A stretch of 63,818 nucleotides of DNA, filler included, from Octopus bimaculoides (taxonomy: Eukaryota), in NCBI RefSeq assembly GCF_001194135.2. It is 7 parts of 7 records of this genome, joined end to end, with 100 filler letters (N's around TTAATTAATTAA, not from the genome) between each part and the next. Parts side by side here need not be neighbours in the genome. Positions count along the whole stretch, not along the records: positions 9,627 to 24,734 come from NC_068982.1; 6 more parts are not named here. One strand, written 5' to 3'. Position numbers and translations under genes: made by a program. Below, piece by piece: positions 12,173 to 23,839 of the stretch (the stretch's first letter is position 1; each line of letters starts with the position of its first letter). Under the pieces are notes generated by a model. It ran no database searches. It had not been told where the DNA came from and worked only from the letters and a program-made list of their open reading frames with translations.

Positions 12173-12198
12173 ATAACAACAACAACAACAACAACAAC

Positions 12199-12233
<35 letters not shown>

Positions 12234-12267
12234 TAGTAATAGTAATAATAATAATAAATATTATTAT

Positions 12268-12550
12268 AAGTTTGACTTGTTTTGTATTTGCACAAGTTGA
12301 ATCCCTGTCTCACCCAGAGATCTCAAGAGACAACAAGTTGGACATTCAAGTTGGTGTTTTGACTAGGGTGTCATATATTTGGTTTTGCACATAGTATTGT
12401 TCTGGAGAATGTTAAAGTAAAACATAAGAACATTTTAAGTTTATTTTAAAATTTGAGATTACACAGACAGTATTTTACGTAGGATATGGGCAGTTCCGAT
12501 GAGCACTATTTTTTGAATTTCTACCATTTTTGGATTTCCTGGTATCTGAG
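12268..12550 (-). mobile_element. R4/Dong-type LINE fragment D (3' end and UTR)
   Basis: QIPGNPKMVEIQKIVLIGTAHILRKILSV*, then a 3' UTR ending AAGTCAAAC(TAA). The same UTR occurs at 15842-15911 and 45881-46049. Confidence 0.85.
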
Positions 12551-12559
12551 CTATTATTA

Positions 12560-12636
<77 letters not shown>

Positions 12637-15420
12637 GCATTTACACAGCTTCTAACGCTGGAGATGTACTACGGTGTCAGCTGTTCACTACCAGTGAAGT
12701 AAAGTAACACCTGTTATTTTTCGAGCACCTTCTGGAGTATTCGAGCGTTTCCAAGCCGTGCTGTTTTCTGCAAGTGCTCCACCCTTATTACAGCTCTTAT
12801 TTGTTTCATGTACTTCTTGAGATTTTTACTCACTGTTCCCAGGGCTCTGACAATTATTGGTACCACTACCACCTTTTTCATCGACCACAACTGCTTTGCC
12901 TCCCAAGCTAACCTGTCAAATCTATCGACTTTTCTTTCTTCCTTATCGCATACCACATGTTCTTTGCATTATCATTTTCGATTATGCCTTCGGGTCGTAC
13001 CAATTTTTTGCTCTGTCAAGACCATACTTGTTGCAAAGCGTCCAATGGACAAGCCCTGCTATATTATCGTGACGTCTCTTATATTCCTTCTGGGCTAGTG
13101 GCATACATTGGCTGGTAATGTGCTATATAGTTTCACCATTTTGTCTACGGATTCTGCACTTATCACTTTCTGATGTGTTATCTACTTTGGATTTTATGTA
13201 GTTTGTTCTTAGTGCTTGCTCTTGGGCAGCACAGATTAGAGCTGCCGTTTCCGGTTATAAATCACTTTTAGTCATCCACAGCCATCTTTTTTCTCTGTCT
13301 TATTTTCAACACCCCTATGAAATTGTCCATGCATTCTTTTCTTTTCCCATCTATTTTCAGTTTCATTCGTTTTCAATTGCTTGTACAGTGTTTTTTTATC
13401 TTTGCAATCTACCATACTACACAAGCCTTACCTTCCCATTTCTAATAATAGCGGTTCTGTGGCATTTTTTACTCACCATGCGATGTTGTTTTCTTCTGCT
13501 CTAATGGTGTGTTCGCATCCAATCAATACTTACCCCACCTCTTTTTCTTGGTAAATATAGTCTGCCTGTGTCACTTTTTGATGGAGTGTTCCATATCTAG
13601 TTAGTAACTTCCCTGTCTTTCTGTCTAAGCTGTTTAGTTCTTCTACTGTCCATGCTCCCCTGCTCCATATCTGATGAGTGAAGCCGCTCAGGTGTTGACA
13701 GCTTCAATCTTATTCCGTCCTTTTAATTTCCACTTAAAGATCAGTCTCAGTCTGCGCAAGTACTTTACCTTAAATTTTTACGTCATTTCTTTCTCCATCA
13801 ATTTATCCATTTCCAAAATCCCCAAGTACTTATAGTCTATCTCTTCTATCTGCTTCATAACCTCCCCCGACGGTATCGGTAGCTCGTCCTTACATTTGAT
13901 TTTACCTCTCTTCAAGACTAACACACCACACTTTCTCAGTCCGAACTCCATTTTGATATCAACACTGAAAATATGCACTATATCAACGCTGGAACTGACT
14001 TGGGCTTCATCTTTACCATAACGTTTGAGGTCATCCATGAATAACAAATGGTTGACTTTTTGTTGGCGGCTTTTGAATACAAACCCAGCTTTTACTTTCC
14101 TCAGAATCAGTGTTAGTGGTATCAAGCACAGTACAAAGATCAGTGGGGACAGGCAGTCCCCTTGGAAGATGCCTCTCCTGATTTCTACTGGCCCTAAACT
14201 TCATCCGTATGCTGTCAGGTCCGTCTTCCAATTCGCCATACTTTTTCCAAGCAACCGCTCAACATTCGATGCAATACCAAATAGATTCATACATTCCATT
14301 ATCCAAGAATGTGGTATCATATCGTACGCCTTACGATAGTCGATCCATGACATGACTAAGTTAGTTTTCCTCCTCTTGCAGTCTCTAAGTACCTCTGCAA
14401 CCTTTCTGTTCATGTGGCAGGACTTTTTCCCCAGATGTTCGTACATTGACTCTGCGACTACTCCAGTCAATAATTTCCACATAAGTGGCAAACAGGATAT
14501 CGGCCTGTAATTGTCTGTGCTTGAAAACATCGAAAAAGGCAATACAGTGTAGTGCCTTTTTCGATGTTTTCAAGCACAGCATTGTCCTACCCAATGTCAA
14601 CCACTCTGGTGTTCCTTGGTCGGCATTTAACAAGGTGTTGAGTTGCGCCGCTATTTGTGCATGACATTCACCAAATCTTTTGATCCAGTAGCCTTGAACT
14701 CCATCGGGTCCTGGGGCCTTCAAGTTGCCCATTCTTTTACTGATTTCCTTCACTCCTCTAACTGAAATGACTAGTTCTGCTTGTTTTAGACAGACTACTG
14801 TATGTTTCAGTTCTTGCAACCATTCAGCATCCTTCTTGTGCTCCTTGTCTTTGCTCCAGATGTCACTCCAAAACCTTTGACCTTCATTGTTATCTGGTAC
14901 CAACTTTTCATCTGTACACTCTCCATATATTTCTTTATAGAATCTCTTCTGATCTACGCTGAATAACCTATTCTGGTGGTAACCCATCATTCTTTGGTCG
15001 TATCTTACCAGCTTTGTTTTCTCTGCAACGAGGCGCTGTTTCAGTTCTTCCATTACCACTTTCAGGCCCTTTCTTTCAATATTATACTTTCTTTTCAGCG
15101 CCCTGTATTTTTGTTCGCTTTTAAGCTCCCCTTTCTCTTTTCGGTCTAACACAGAAATTTCCTTCGAGAGCATATATTCTACCTGTATTCTTTTTTCTCA
15201 CCATTGGTCTTTTCTTTTGTCACTCCCATTATATTTCTTTTTCTTGATATCAACGCCCACATTTTCTGCTACAACAATACTTGCTGCCTTGATCAAATTA
15301 TTTGTTTCTGTGATGTTTGTTCTGATGTATTTCAGAATTTCATTGACATTTTTCGCTTCTTGGTTCAATTTCCACCGGTCAACCATTTTAAGGTTGCAAA
15401 TAATGTCGCTATCGTTCTCC
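12637..15420 (-). mobile_element. R4/Dong-type LINE fragment E (2.8 kb, RT to RLE, decayed)
   Basis: [77 protein letters not shown] (RT); ends LGNARILQKVLEK*. Several frameshifts. 3' end abuts (ATT)n ~12553-12636. Confidence 0.95.
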
Positions 15421-15746
15421 TGTCAAGTCGCAACAAGGACCTCAGGCAGACAGTACTTTACTCAATATGCGTGAAGTTCCAAGTAATGCCGACTTTTGCA
15501 ATACATCGAGATTGTAAGGTATTTCTAAGGCCTTCAGATGTTTTTTCTATCTGGAAGTCAAAGTCCCAGAGGATTTTTGTCTTCCCCTTTTCGTCCATTA
15601 CCTTTTCCAGAGTATGTTGGTACCAAGCACCCGTAAACTCATATCCATTCTTACGGCATAGTAGCCAGTGGAGGTTTTGGGCTACTTTATCGTGTCTACG
15701 CTTGTACTCATTCTGTGCAAGACTTTCACAAGCACTAACAATGTGA
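15415..15746 (-). mobile_element. R4/Dong-type LINE fragment F (internally deleted)
   Basis: THIVSACESLAQNEYKRRHDKVAQNLHWLLC..KILWDFDFQ joined almost directly to LQKSALLGTSRILSKVLSA*. 5' junction abuts (ATT)n 15747-15841. Confidence 0.85.
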
Positions 15747-15839
<93 letters not shown>

Positions 15840-15841
15840 TT

Positions 15842-17002
15842 ATGTTTGACTTTTGTTTTGCATTTGTACAAGTTGGATCCAAGTCTCACCCAGAGACCTC
15901 AAGAGACAACANNNNNNNNNNNNNNNNNNNNNNNNNNNNNNNNNNNNNNNNNNNNNNNNNNNNNNNNNNNNNNNNNNNNNNNNNNNNNNNNNNNNNNNNN
16001 NNNNNNNNNNNNNNNNNNNNNNNNNNNNNNNNNNNNNNNNNNNNNNNNNNNNNNNNNNNNNNNNNNNNNNNNNNNNNNNNNNNNNNNNNNNNNNNNNNNN
16101 NNNNNNNNNNNNNNNNNNNNNNNNNNNNNNNNNNNNNNNNNNNNNNNNNNNNNNNNNNNNNNNNNNNNNNNNNNNNNNNNNNNNNNNNNNNNNNNNNNNN
16201 NNNNNNNNNNNNNNNNNNNNNNNNNNNNNNNNNNNNNNNNNNNNNNNNNNNNNNNNNNNNNNNNNNNNNNNNNNNNNNNNNNNNNNNNNNNNNNNNNNNN
16301 NNNNNNNNNNNNNNNNNNNNNNNNNNNNNNNNNNNNNNNNNNNNNNNNNNNNNNNNNNNNNNNNNNNNNNNNNNNNNNNNNNNNNNNNNNNNNNNNNNNN
16401 NNNNNNNNNNNNNNNNNNNNNNNNNNNNNNNNNNNNNNNNNNNNNNNNNNNNNNNNNNNNNNNNNNNNNNNNNNNNNNNNNNNNNNNNNNNNNNNNNNNN
16501 NNNNNNNNNNNNNNNNNNNNNNNNNNNNNNNNNNNNNNNNNNNNNNNNNNNNNNNNNNNNNNNNNNNNNNNNNNNNNNNNNNNNNNNNNNNNNNNNNNNN
16601 NNNNNNNNNNNNNNNNNNNNNNNNNNNNNNNNNNNNNNNNNNNNNNNNNNNNNNNNNNNNNNNNNNNNNNNNNNNNNNNNNNNNNNNNNNNNNNNNNNNN
16701 NNNNNNNNNNNNNNNNNNNNNNNNNNNNNNNNNNNNNNNNNNNNNNNNNNNNNNNNNNNNNNNNNNNNNNNNNNNNNNNNNNNNNNNNNNNNNNNNNNNN
16801 NNNNNNNNNNNNNNNNNNNNNNNNNNNNNNNNNNNNNNNNNNNNNNTCCTTTGCCTGTTTTGTTACTGAGTAAGATGCTTTCTTGCTTTCATGTTTTGAG
16901 ACAAGTTTTAGCATCCAGTCCTCAGAGTTTTTCAGATAGGTGTCTAGGCCAATTGTGGCTACCTTCATTGTTAATGCCAGCTGTAGAAGTCCTCGGCCTC
17001 CC
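15842..17002 (-). mobile_element. R4/Dong-type LINE fragment G (spans gap)
   Basis: 5' part EGGRGLLQLALTMKVATIGLDTYLKNSEDWMLKLV. 3' UTR (15842-15911) matches fragment D. (ATT)n tracts on both sides. Confidence 0.8.
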
Positions 17003-17030
17003 TCTATTATTATTATTATTATTATTATTA

Positions 17031-17104
<74 letters not shown>

Positions 17105-17105
<1 letters not shown>

Positions 17106-17468
17106 GTCTTTATCTCTCGGTCTTAGGTGTTATACCGGTTTATTCTTCCGGATAGCAAGTCACATCCAGGGGCCCTTGGTACCCAGTACCATTTTTAAGA
17201 TTCTTGTTGTCCTCATTAGACAGACTTTCTGCATAACAGAAAAGTTTCTGTCGCAGCCAAAGTGTTCCTCGAATTTTTCGAAATTTCTGCTTACGGTACC
17301 CAACACATCGATGACAAATAGCATTGCCTTTTTACACTCTTACATTCCCATAACCGCCCAGTTTCGTATCTTATATCAATGTACTTACCAAACTTTTTTC
17401 TTCTCTTTTACTCTTGTATCAATAGGGTATGCTATATCCACTATTATACGTTCACGAGATGTTTTGAG
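17105..17468 (-). mobile_element. R4/Dong-type LINE fragment H (RLE C-terminus)
   Basis: IIVDIAYPIDTRVKEK..KYIDIRYE..RLWECK..MQKVCLMRTTRILKMVLGT. 3' end abuts (ATT)n 17003-17104. Confidence 0.8.
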
Positions 17469-17469
17469 C

Positions 17470-17800
17470 CGGTAGAATCGTTAGAATACCGGGCAAAATG
17501 CTTAGCGGCATTTCGTCCTGCTCGTTACGTTCTGAGTTCAAATATCACCGAGGTCGACTTTGCTTTTCATCCTTACGTGGTCGATGAAACACGTACCAGC
17601 TGAGCACAGTGAGTTGGCAGTACAGCGGCGAGCTGGCAGAAATGTTAGCACGCCGAAAAAAAAAATGCTTAGCGGCGTTTCTTTTGACTCTTTAAGTTCT
17701 GAGTTCAGATTCTGCCGAGGTTAATTTTGTTTGGGGTCAATGTAATTGACTAACTCCCTACTCTGAACTTGCTACCCTTGTGCCAAAATTTGAAACCATT
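17470..17800 (+). mobile_element. Two tandem SINE family C copies
   Basis: GTAGAATCGTTAGAATACCGGGCAAAATGCTTAGCGGCATTTCGTC.. and GCGGCGAGCTGGCAGAAATGTTAGCACGCCG.. with GTTCTGAGTTCA cores. Confidence 0.8.
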
Positions 17801-17824
17801 AGTATTATTATTTGATGAAAATTC

Positions 17825-18010
17825 TTGACTTATTTTGCTGGGTATGATGGAAAGTGTCAGCAGCCCACAGCCAACAGACTAAGGGGACACTTGTCTACTG
17901 GTCATGCTTCAAGAACCCTGCGAAGAATTCTTGTAGTTCCAAGCAATACTGTGTTTTGTAGGTGCTCTACTTTTACATTTGTACTATTCTTTATCAGCCA
18001 TGTCGGTAGC
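17825..18010 (-). mobile_element. R4/Dong-type LINE fragment I (extreme 3' end)
   Basis: Minus strand reads KVEHLQNTVLLGTTRILRRVLEA*. Confidence 0.75.
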
Positions 18011-18285
18011 TGAATGTTGATACGTATGCATTGTCGGAGCATACCAGTACATAGTTTTTACACAATATGTATTTAACTGTTGGTTTGGCAGTACGATTCA
18101 ACCCGATTCGGTTTGGGTACGTGACGTTGATAGACCATTAAAAATGTCGAAATCTCGATGTCCATCACTCGTGAACGGAATTTGGAGTGAGTTGTCTCGC
18201 TGCTTCTATTTCATATTTGAATATGTACACACACACACACGCGCGCGCGCGCGCATACACACGCACACACATACATACACACACA

Positions 18286-18317
<32 letters not shown>

Positions 18318-19497
18318 TATAAAAGGGAACAAAAGCGCAATAGAGGACAATAAAACATTCGGACAGATAGACGATACAAATGTGGACAGGAGAAACAACA
18401 ATTTGAAGGACAGGCAAAAAAAGACGGGTCATTCTTGGCCTTCTTTCTTCAGTGACGAGTTTCGGGCAGTTACACTTGAGACGGTTCGATCTGGTTGCCC
18501 CTCAAAAAGTCTAAGCTAAGGGCATTAAGAAAGCTAGCGAATGTGCACGGCAACAAAGACAAAAAAACGGAGAACATGGTACACAATTACAAACAAAAGG
18601 AAAATAACAACAGGTGTCTTTCGACTGAGAACGAATCAAATTGTGCTGGCGTGTATGAAGTGAAAGCTTAAAGGCAGGAACATAGGAGATGGACATAGGA
18701 GGTGTTGGTGGTCGGCAGTCAGGCCTAGAAGATAAATTTTGATATCAACAGCCGCATGACCTTCACCAAAAGAAAAAACACAAAAAAACTACGGAAGACC
18801 ACCAAGACTGCAACCACGGAAAACTACCAAGAGCCACGTGGAGATGAAATGGTTGTATTTCGACCGGGNNNNNNNNNNNNNNNNNNNNNNNNNNNNNNNN
18901 NNNNNNNNNNNNNNNNNNNNNNNNNNNNNNNNNNNNNNNNNNNNNNNNNNNNNNNNNNNNNNNNNNNNNNNNNNNNNNNNNNNNNNNNNNNNNNNNNNNN
19001 NNNNNNNNNNNNNNNNNNNNNNNNNNNNNNNNNNNNNNNNNNNNNNNNNNNNNNNNNNNNNNNNNNNNNNNNNNNNNNNNNNNNNNNNNNNNNNNNNNNN
19101 NNNNNNNNNNNNNNNNNNNNNNNNNNNNNNNNNNNNNNNNNNNNNNNNNNNNNNNNNNNNNNNNNNNNNNNNNNNNNNNNNNNNNNNNNNNNNNNNNNNN
19201 NNNNNNNNNNNNNNNNNNNNNNNNNNNNNNNNNNNNNNNNNNNNNNNNNNNNNNNNNNNNNNNNNNNNNNNNNNNNNNNNNNNNNNNNNNNNNNNNNNNN
19301 NNNNNNNNNNNNNNNNNNNNNNNNNNNNNNNNNNNNNNNNNNNNNNNNNNNNNNNNNNNNNNNNNNNNNNNNNNNNNNNNNNNNNNNNNNNNNNNNNNNN
19401 NNNNNNNNNNNNNNNNNNNNNNNNNNNNNNNNNNNNNNNNNNNNNNNNNNNNNNNNNNNNNNNNNNNNNNNNNNNNNNNNNNNNNNNNNNNNNNNNN

Positions 19498-19564
<67 letters not shown>

Positions 19565-19566
<2 letters not shown>

Positions 19567-19780
19567 GTACAGCTCTTTGTACTTGTCTCCATACCGCTCG
19601 AAAACCGTTGTTGGTGTGTGTATGTCTCCGTAACATACCATTTTGACACAAGCGTCCGATGGAACAATCACAAGACTTTAAAAAAATAAGTGTTGGGTCA
19701 ATTTGTTTAGCTCAACCTTTATAGGTTGTGCTCCAGCATGGCCCTACTCCAACGACTGAAACAAGCGAAACAATAAATAC
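19565..19780 (+). mobile_element. Diverged SINE family B 3' half after (GT)n
   Basis: GTGTATGTCTCCGTAAC..GTGCTCCAGCATGGCC..ACTGAAACAAG following the (GT)n tract 19498-19563. Confidence 0.7.
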
Positions 19781-20268
19781 GAAGAACGTACTTTGGGTAG
19801 GCCATACTGCCAGTAAAATCACATGCACTGGTTATGCTTCACTAAAGTTTCATTACAATTCAATAAGCTAATTAATCAATTGGTTAATCGATAAGTTTGT
19901 GAAAGTCCTTTCGTTACAGATTTTGATCTTATCACAAGACCAGTGCGATGATCAGTAAACGTGCAATAAATTGCTGAGGAGAAAGAGAAGATTGAAGGAC
20001 ACAATCATTGATAAGGTCCCAAACTGTGACGTAAGGATTTTGGCAGACTAATTGATCAATTAATTGGTCAAATGGTTAAATATTTCACTGATCGGTAATA
20101 AAACTGAAGTGACATATAATCAGTACGTGTGTTTTTATTGGTGCACGACCTTCCCAAAATACATCAATATCAGGTTCGACGCACATTTTCGCATGAAGAA
20201 TATTCTAAAACAAATACAATTAAGTATCTTTAATCTGCTGTGTTTTCTTTTTCTTCTCTCTTTTCTAG

Positions 20269-20411
20269 TGAATAATAATGAATGCCAACAGGCTTCTTGT
20301 ATGTGTGACAAAACAGCAGCGATGTGCTTCCGTGATCATCTGTCTGATTACAAGGAATCGAACCAATCACAATTAGGTAAAATACTAGGTGGCCTTTTCA
20401 AACATCGCTGA
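20269..20411 (+). CDS. Terminal exon of a secreted phospholipase A2 (group I/II-like sPLA2)
   Basis: Strong polypyrimidine acceptor TTTTCTTTTTCTTCTCTCTTTTCTAG (AG at 20267-20268), phase 1. Reads (V)NNNECQQASCMCDKTAAMCFRDHLSDYKESNQSQLGKILGGLFKHR*. The C-xxx-x-C-x-C-D-xx-AA-x-C-F pattern is the sPLA2 helix carrying the catalytic Asp99 equivalent, and vertebrate sPLA2 genes also begin their last exon here in phase 1. Confidence 0.82.
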
Positions 20412-20483
20412 AAATTTATTTTGCTCCGGCCAACTCAGCACTATTTTTTCATCAACTGTTTTTGCAATTTATAGTAAATCGCC

Positions 20484-20489
20484 AATAAA
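20484..20489 (+). terminator. Candidate polyadenylation signal of the PLA2-like gene
   Basis: AATAAA 73 nt after the stop codon, with a second at ~20506. Common by chance in AT-rich DNA. Confidence 0.35.
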
Positions 20490-20679
20490 ACAAGAAACTG
20501 AGAAAAATAAAAAAGCAGTCATCATTGCAACATTTCCTCATGTTGTTGTTGATGTTTTCTGTCAAATTAACCGTCATAGGATATACTTATAATCAAAGGA
20601 AATCCTGCTGTGACAATCCCGTCATTTATTTTTCAGACAAGGGTATTTTTTATCTTTTACTTGTTTATAATCTCAGACA

Positions 20680-21070
20680 TTGAACTGCAGCCATGCTGGA
20701 GTATCGTTTTGATGAGTGTTCATTGAACAAAAACACCCCAGTACATGTTGTTATACCGAACCACAAAGTTACGAGGACGTAAACAAACGAACACCGGTTG
20801 TCAAACGGTTTGGGGAACAAATACGAACACAAAGACACGCACTCATAAATATAAACAAATACATATACTCCCTATGTACAAACATACACACACACATATA
20901 TACATACATATATATGTATATGTATATATATATATATGTTAGGTGTTTTTTAGTTTCCGTCTGCCAAATCCATTTACATGGCTTTTGTCGGCTCGTGCTT
21001 ACTGTAGAAGACACTTGCCCAAGGTGCCACGCTGTGAGACTGAACCTAAAACCATGTGGTCGGGGTTCTT
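20680..21070 (-). mobile_element. SINE family B, near full length, with internal microsatellite
   Basis: Reverse of tail (GCAGCCATGCTGGAG), core (GGACGTAAAC..CCGGTTGTCAA), (CA/TA)n and head (GAAGACACTTGCCCAAGGTGCCACGC). Confidence 0.85.
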
Positions 21071-21164
21071 CCTTTGAGTTGAGAAATTTGGCTGCTATTT
21101 CTAGATGACTGAGCGCCTACGTACAACCACCTTCGTTGAATTATTTTCTTGTTGACGTTAGAAT

Positions 21165-21340
21165 CATTAGCGCGTCGCTGAAAATGGTTAGCAGCATTTT
21201 TTCCGGTTCAGAATTCAAATCTCGTTGAGGTCAACTTTAACCTTTCATCCTTTCAGAGTCGATAAAATGAAGTACAAGTGAAGAACTATGGTCGATATAA
21301 AAGCTCCCATTGAAGCTGCTAGTCCTGTACCAAAATTAAA
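21165..21340 (+). mobile_element. SINE family C, diverged
   Basis: GGTTAGCAGCATTT..GTTCAGAATTCAAATCTCGTTGAGGTCAACTTTAACCTTTCATCCTTTCAGAGTCGATAAAATGAAGTAC. Confidence 0.7.
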
Positions 21341-22574
21341 AGCAATTATCAAATTACATTTGTGCAGTACATCCATCCTTATTTATTACTGTTTCATTCA
21401 AACTCATCTGGGATAACACGGTGCGCTCAATTGTGCCCCATGTTTCACTTATCACGGATTAATCTGTGATAACATGGGTTTGCAATCAGTCATAGCTTCT
21501 ATTTGAACCACAAAAGTGGGGCCCCGCGATCATCCACAATGCGTAGAATTGTTTATCACCCGTGTTTACATCACCGTGCTGCGGAACTGCATACTTTTCT
21601 ATGCGGATTTACGTACACATAGCCATCCACATGAGGAATATAAATAGAAAAAAGTATTTTTCGTCGTTATATTCTTATCATTTACTGACCATATGTTACT
21701 AAATTTTACTCTAAATATCAATCCAACTATGTAACATTATCTATCCATCTGTGTAACATTGTGTATTTAAAAAACTGTTTGGAGGTATTATTTGGTTAAG
21801 TTTCTTGTGGAAGAGCTTGTGGTCTCGTATTGAAACCTACTTTTCCAATGTGCTTGATTCATTTATCAATACTTCATTTAACACGGTGTTATTATTTTGT
21901 TTTAACCAAACACCCGTGGTAAATAAGGATAGAAGTACATTATAGTTTAGGGAACACAACAGTATCATTTGGAGACAGTAGACTAACATTTGAAATATCT
22001 GTTTGTACCTGACCAGGTTGTGTTTATGACCAAGAAACATAACTCATGAATGACTAACTGTTGTCTGTTGTAGTTGTTGTTTAGCCCCAGGTCGGCTCTG
22101 ATCGAGCAAACTTATGATCAAAGTTATTTCACTCGTGACCGTTTTATCAAAGATTACAGTCTTTATTGAGGACAGTAGAATGAGAATTAGCTGCCATTTC
22201 TAGCAGGTCGGGGCTTCTTCCTTTGAAAGTTGGGTAAACCGTATATAGAAATGAATGAATATAGTAAACACCAGCAACAACATGAACGACATGAATAAAC
22301 AATGTCAGTTGAAAAAAAAGGAAAATATCAACATCTCGAGCAAATGCCTTTTTCAAGACAACAAAGAAAGAAATGAGAAAATACGAAGAAAAATTTCTGT
22401 TACTTAAGAACAACAGATGACTGCTTTGAGGACCCCCACCCCTGCCCCGCCTATCCCGTTGAGATCATGTAAAATGGACGAGTAAAGAGGAAGAGTGCCG
22501 ACTTCAGCTAATCATCCTTTCTGCCAAAGAACCAGAGACAAAGATAAGTAATTTCAATGTTTAGCATCGTATAA

Positions 22575-22775
22575 GGCGGCTAGCTGGCAGACTCGTTTGT
22601 AAGCCGGGCAAAATGCTTAGCAACATTTCATCCTGCTCTTTACGTTCTGAGTTCAAATTCCGCCGGGGTTGACTTTGCATTTCATCTTTTCGGGGTCAAT
22701 AAAATAAGTACCAGTTGAGCGCTGGAGTCAATGTAATCGAAACTGCTGGCCTTGTATCAAAATTTGAAATCATTA
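22575..22775 (+). mobile_element. SINE family C
   Basis: AAGGCGGCTAGCTGGCAGACTCGTT..GGGCAAAATGCTTAGC..GTTCTGAGTTCAAATTCCGCCGGGGTTGACTTTGC. Confidence 0.85.
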
Positions 22776-23201
22776 TGCCTTGTAAATAGTCTATCAACCT
22801 GCCTCACATCAAACTTGCTACCTACAACTATCATTCGAATGCAAAGTTTATCACATTCGGTGATGAGACGGCGACGGTGCATAGTATTAAAGTAGGCTGG
22901 TTATGGTTTGGTGTAGTGCAGTAGGGTGTATTTAATTAATTGAATTTATTTCATCACTTTAAACGTCTGTATAGAGCTGGTAAGATTGAAAGAAGGTATG
23001 TAGTAACCGTTAGACAAATAAACTATAAGTAAAAACCACGATAATTAGAAAGAAAATAAAGGAGAAACGTTTCTACATTGTTAAATATTTATGCGGTTTC
23101 CGTCAAATGGAAGATCTTATTTAAGGCTAGAAATTCATTAGAAACAACTTACACCTTCGGCTTTGGAAGGCTTTTAAAGACCATTTAAAAAAATGTCCCC
23201 A

Positions 23202-23262
<61 letters not shown>

Positions 23263-23839
23263 ACTGGTAATTTCTGCACTGGAGCAAATGAAGTGTAACG
23301 TGTAGTGACCTGTAATGTAGAGACGCAAACTGCAACGTGGCGGTGAGACGTGAACTGAAACGTTGCGGTGATATTTAATGCGGTATATTGCCATATGAAA
23401 TGCAGTAAAATATATATTATAATAAATTGTAGTGAAAATGGTTGTTGTGGTTTAACAGGGCAATCTCGATCGCACACAACTATTGTCAAAATGGCATTCT
23501 AGCCTTGACCATTCCATCTTTTAAGGAGTATCGAAGACTAAGTGATCCAACGAATCCTTTTCTTAGCTGAGATTTGGGTTCTACTTTTAGAAAGTCGAGC
23601 GCCGGTGAAGAGGATCTCTGTCGTGTTAAATAGTGAACTGGGAAATGACTGGCAAATGCTGTAGAAGAGTGTAGAATAATATATAGAGTAATGTAGACTA
23701 GTGAGGTATAGGGCAATGTAAAATAGTGTAGTATGATGAATTATTCAATACTTCATAGTACACTCCAATACAGTAGAATGACATGTAGCGCGCATGCTTG
23801 ACTCTAGACGACCTAAATAGGTTTTTTGTTTTGTTAAAC

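Noticed and set aside
18560-18868. Weak GIY-YIG/PLE-like fragments (GVYEVK, TEDHQDC)
   Set aside because: Too degenerate to support by eye; needs a profile search.
19920-20030. Exon-like segment (TTTCGTTACAG ... GAC|GTAAGG) just upstream of the PLA2 exon
   Set aside because: All three frames contain stops, no CCxxHD motif is present, and the phase is incompatible.
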